From contig NC_089435.1 of assembly GCF_026210795.1 (NCBI RefSeq), positions 4,464,001 through 4,528,000 on the forward strand: a stretch of 64,000 nt of DNA. Direction: 5' to 3'. Positions within the stretch are counted from its first letter, which is position 1. Each line of letters begins with the position of its first letter. Positions 61,328-64,000 of this stretch are shown here, piece by piece. The notes under the pieces were generated by a model. The model did no database searches. It was given only the letters and a program-made list of their open reading frames with translations, and was not told the DNA's origin. Made by a program: the position numbers and the translations under genes. Origin of the DNA: Rhizophagus irregularis (taxonomy: Eukaryota).

Positions 61328-61448
61328 TTTCGTGATGTATTCTATATGCTAGATCTTGACTTGAACGAAAAAAAATAAAATTATGCATATTGATATCCCA
61401 ATTCGATCCCTCTGGGATCCCTCTAACCCTTATATGTGAATAATGTGA

Positions 61449-62602
61449 TTAGTTTTCATCGAAGAACATGAATGGGTTTGCTTGATCGTAAGGCATTCCA
61501 CGAGGTCTGTAATTTACTATAGTATACCTCTGCGATGGCGCAGTGTTATTTTTAGGACTATGTCGAAGTGCTTAACTAGCAATAGTATTAGCTTTCAATA
61601 GATTCCTAACTCCACTCGCTACAACCGCAAATACAGCTCCTAAATTACGTAAAAAACTAGAAAGTAATGGCTTACCAGTTTCGGGAAGAAATTCAGCTTT
61701 TTTCAGAAACCTACTCAAGATTCCAGTTCCAGGCGTCCCTGGGTCTCCTAACCGTCCGGAAGATATTGCTTCCTGAATCTATGTAAGCAATTGCTTTGCC
61801 CGTTCTTCATTCTTTTCAAGTGATCTAAACACTCGAGGAATATCCTGTTGATCTTGGTTTTTTACATATCCTGTTACACCTCCATTGGATATACGCAAAT
61901 CTTTAATTTCAGCTGGACGGATACAGAGCATAATCATTACATCAGCTAGGGCCTGTTTGTCGGGTGTATTAGATACATCATACGAATCCAATCTCTCCTT
62001 AACCAATTCTAACGAGAAGTGGTTCAGATAATGAATTCCTTCATCTTCGCATAATAAACTCTTCTCCTTTTGGATTTTATTTGATAAAGTGGTCATCCCT
62101 GGAATCTTCGTAGCTTCGATTATTACCTTTGGGGCATTAAGCTTCCGCAATTCCTTTTGAAGCCTACTGAGACTAGATGTGCAGGCAACCGGATTAGGGG
62201 ATGTCTCAGCTAATGCTTTAGCTATAAGTTTTACTTCTTTTTCACTAAGGCTATCCCGCATAATACGCTGAGCCGTTTCTCTAATAATTTCTCCTTCTGG
62301 GATAATATCTGATACTTGGTAGGCGCTTTTAGCACAGCATATATTCACTTCCGCTTCTGTATCTCCTTCTTTAGGGGTTACTTGACTTTTAGTTCGACTA
62401 GTTCTTTGAGAAGGTATCAACGCAAATGCTTGTTCTTTACTAAAGTTATATCCTTTTTGAAGATGATCGTGAGCCTGACGCCTTTTCTCTCTATCACCTG
62501 GTAAGAGTCAAGTATTTCTGGCGCATACCGGCTAAGCTCTTCGAGACTCATTTCATTGGTAAGTCTGTGGTCTGTAACGAACTTGGTTGTAATAGCAGAC
62601 AT
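61449..62602 (-). pseudogene. Protelomerase/telomere-resolvase-like tyrosine recombinase, disrupted
   Basis: MLCIRPAEI (R), VTGYVKN (K); read-through past TAG 61779 gives FLRNLGAVFA (R) and ALRHSPKNNTAPSQRYT (H…Y); one frameshift near 62420 and two stops. Confidence 0.7.
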
Positions 62603-63034
62603 GATGTGGTAAGTAGACTATGGTGGTAGTTAGATTAATCTGTGGTATTCAGATTATATATTGTGGGATAAAGTTCAATTCGAAAATATATAACTTATGG
62701 GAGGTCTTTTTGAGGCCACCTGCTCCAGCTGAAATATGTTTTGCATATATTTGAAAATTGTGGGTAAATAGGATATGCGGAAAAAAAGACATAGTCATAG
62801 AACCCCCATTCCAAGGCTATAAACGAATTATCTATACCGATTCACATTTTAGTAAAGTGCACGCGCTAGAGCTAATATATGTTCCAGTCCTAAAACGTTT
62901 GTCTTGGTGAATGCATCATATAAAGCACTTGGTCTATATTTCGAAGGAGCTAGATTCGGATGGTAGAGGAATTTTATGAGTATATTATTTCTCTAAACTT
63001 TCGTCTCTTCATGCCTCCAGCATAATTTTAATAG

Positions 63035-63358
63035 TTAGCATAAAGTAAAATCGTGCCAATTAGCTTTGAACAAAATCTGCAATAGGCTTATTTTTTTGTT
63101 AACCACTGCTAGTAAACTCCTTTCTGATACGATACCCCAAATACGATAGGAAATGAAAGAGAGATGTCTTCTTAATATTGGTAATTCATGTAAAGGCGGA
63201 ATCAAAAGCCTTTCTTCTCTCCAATGCATATAACCATCACATAATAATTTACGATATGCTGGCCCATTTATAATGATCATGCGATTAGATTTGGGATTAT
63301 AGATTTTTTCACAGGTTTGACGCTCGCGAACTTCTGTTAGTTGATCTAATGTATCCAT
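63035..63358 (-). CDS. Small protein with an NCLDV 2-cysteine-adaptor-like motif
   Basis: KIYNPKSNRMIIINGPAYRKL fits the NPxTxRxIxxxGxxYxxL pattern. Confidence 0.55.
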   Translation of the reverse strand: MDTLDQLTEVRERQTCEKIYNPKSNRMIIINGPAYRKLLCDGYMHWREERLLIPPLHELPILRRHLSFISYRIWGIVSERSLLAVVNKKISLLQILFKANWHDFTLC

Positions 63359-63469
63359 AGCGTCAGTATGAAAAGTTGTTTATGACTTATCTTAATACCG
63401 AATAATTTAAATACAATTTTTATTATGAAATTAAAAGTGAAAAAGGTTTTTATATCCTAAAATACTTAT

Positions 63470-63757
63470 ATGGATCGTGTTACTTGCCCGTATATCAAGA
63501 GAAATGGTTCCATTTGTGGGGGAGTCTGCACTTGTTTAACTGGCTGTGCAAGGCACTGGAAATTATATGAAAAAAATATGAAAAAAAAACCCTGCCTTAT
63601 TTGTGGATTTCCTACTGATGCTGATTCGGGGTATTGCTCCAAATATTGTTCCAGATATTCTGCAAAGTTTCATGCACTGAATTATCGAATGAGGCAGAAG
63701 TGTGAGGCTGAGGCCCTTCAACCCGAAATTCCCTCTGAATTGTCTGCTGAGGAGTGA
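63470..63757 (+). CDS. Small Cys/His-rich zinc-finger protein
   Basis: CPYIKRNGSICGGVC…GCARH…PCLICGFPT…GYCSKYC. Confidence 0.6.
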   Translation: MDRVTCPYIKRNGSICGGVCTCLTGCARHWKLYEKNMKKKPCLICGFPTDADSGYCSKYCSRYSAKFHALNYRMRQKCEAEALQPEIPSELSAEE

Positions 63758-63872
63758 GCAAAAAATTTTATTTCATTCATTAGATGATTATTATATAAAA
63801 TTTTGGCAGAAGCCTGCATCCTGGCTGGAGTGATGCAAGAATAGAGATATTTTTTTAATAATATATACCAAA

Positions 63873-63926
63873 AGATGAAGCCTTCTGCGGAATTATTATA
63901 TAAAAATATGGCAAAAGGCTTCATCT
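63873..63926. other. Hairpin homologous to 8946-9005 (16-bp arms, 22-nt spacer in the inverted orientation)
   Basis: AGATGAAGCCTTCTGC-ggaattattatataaaaatatg-GCAAAAGGCTTCATCT; a degenerate half copy lies near 63787-63820. Confidence 0.9.
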
Positions 63927-64000
63927 ACCTGATTCATAATCGAATAGTATTAGAACATATCAAATAAGTCCTGAATATCTTCTGTGATTTGCGTGATATT

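Noticed and set aside
1..64000. tRNA or rRNA genes
   Set aside because: None recognised by eye; tRNAscan-SE/Infernal would be needed to exclude them

Overview
This is AT-rich eukaryotic DNA with short GT-AG introns and a Crinkler-type gene. It is most consistent with an arbuscular mycorrhizal fungus (Glomeromycota, Rhizophagus-like); that assignment is inferred from gene families, not proven. The window is almost entirely mobile DNA, much of it decayed. (1) 1-7.7 kb and ~8-22.1 kb hold two divergent, intronless, virus-like cassettes with the same unusual gene set: an A32-type DNA-packaging ATPase, a Polinton-type rve integrase, and a coiled-coil/Ty3-like Gag capsid/retropepsin polyprotein. 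No reverse transcriptase and no recognisable jelly-roll capsid are visible. The second cassette becomes contiguous with a nucleic-acid-primed, NCLDV (asfarvirus)-like family B DNA polymerase once a solo LTR is removed. (2) 22-29 kb holds host-like genes, including an intact two-exon beta-trefoil/ricin-B-like gene missing from the ORF track. (3) 29-42.9 kb is a CACTA/EnSpm transposon whose right end cuts a Crinkler-kinase gene. (4) Two MITEs with target-site duplications (TSDs). (5) 50.5-59.7 kb is an Academ-like element with a P-element-like transposon nested inside it. (6) 60.3-64 kb is a third virus-like cassette with a retropepsin, a protelomerase-like tyrosine recombinase and NCLDV-type small proteins. 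It also carries a hairpin that recurs upstream of the polymerase with its spacer inverted. All family calls come from motifs read by eye; no searches were run.
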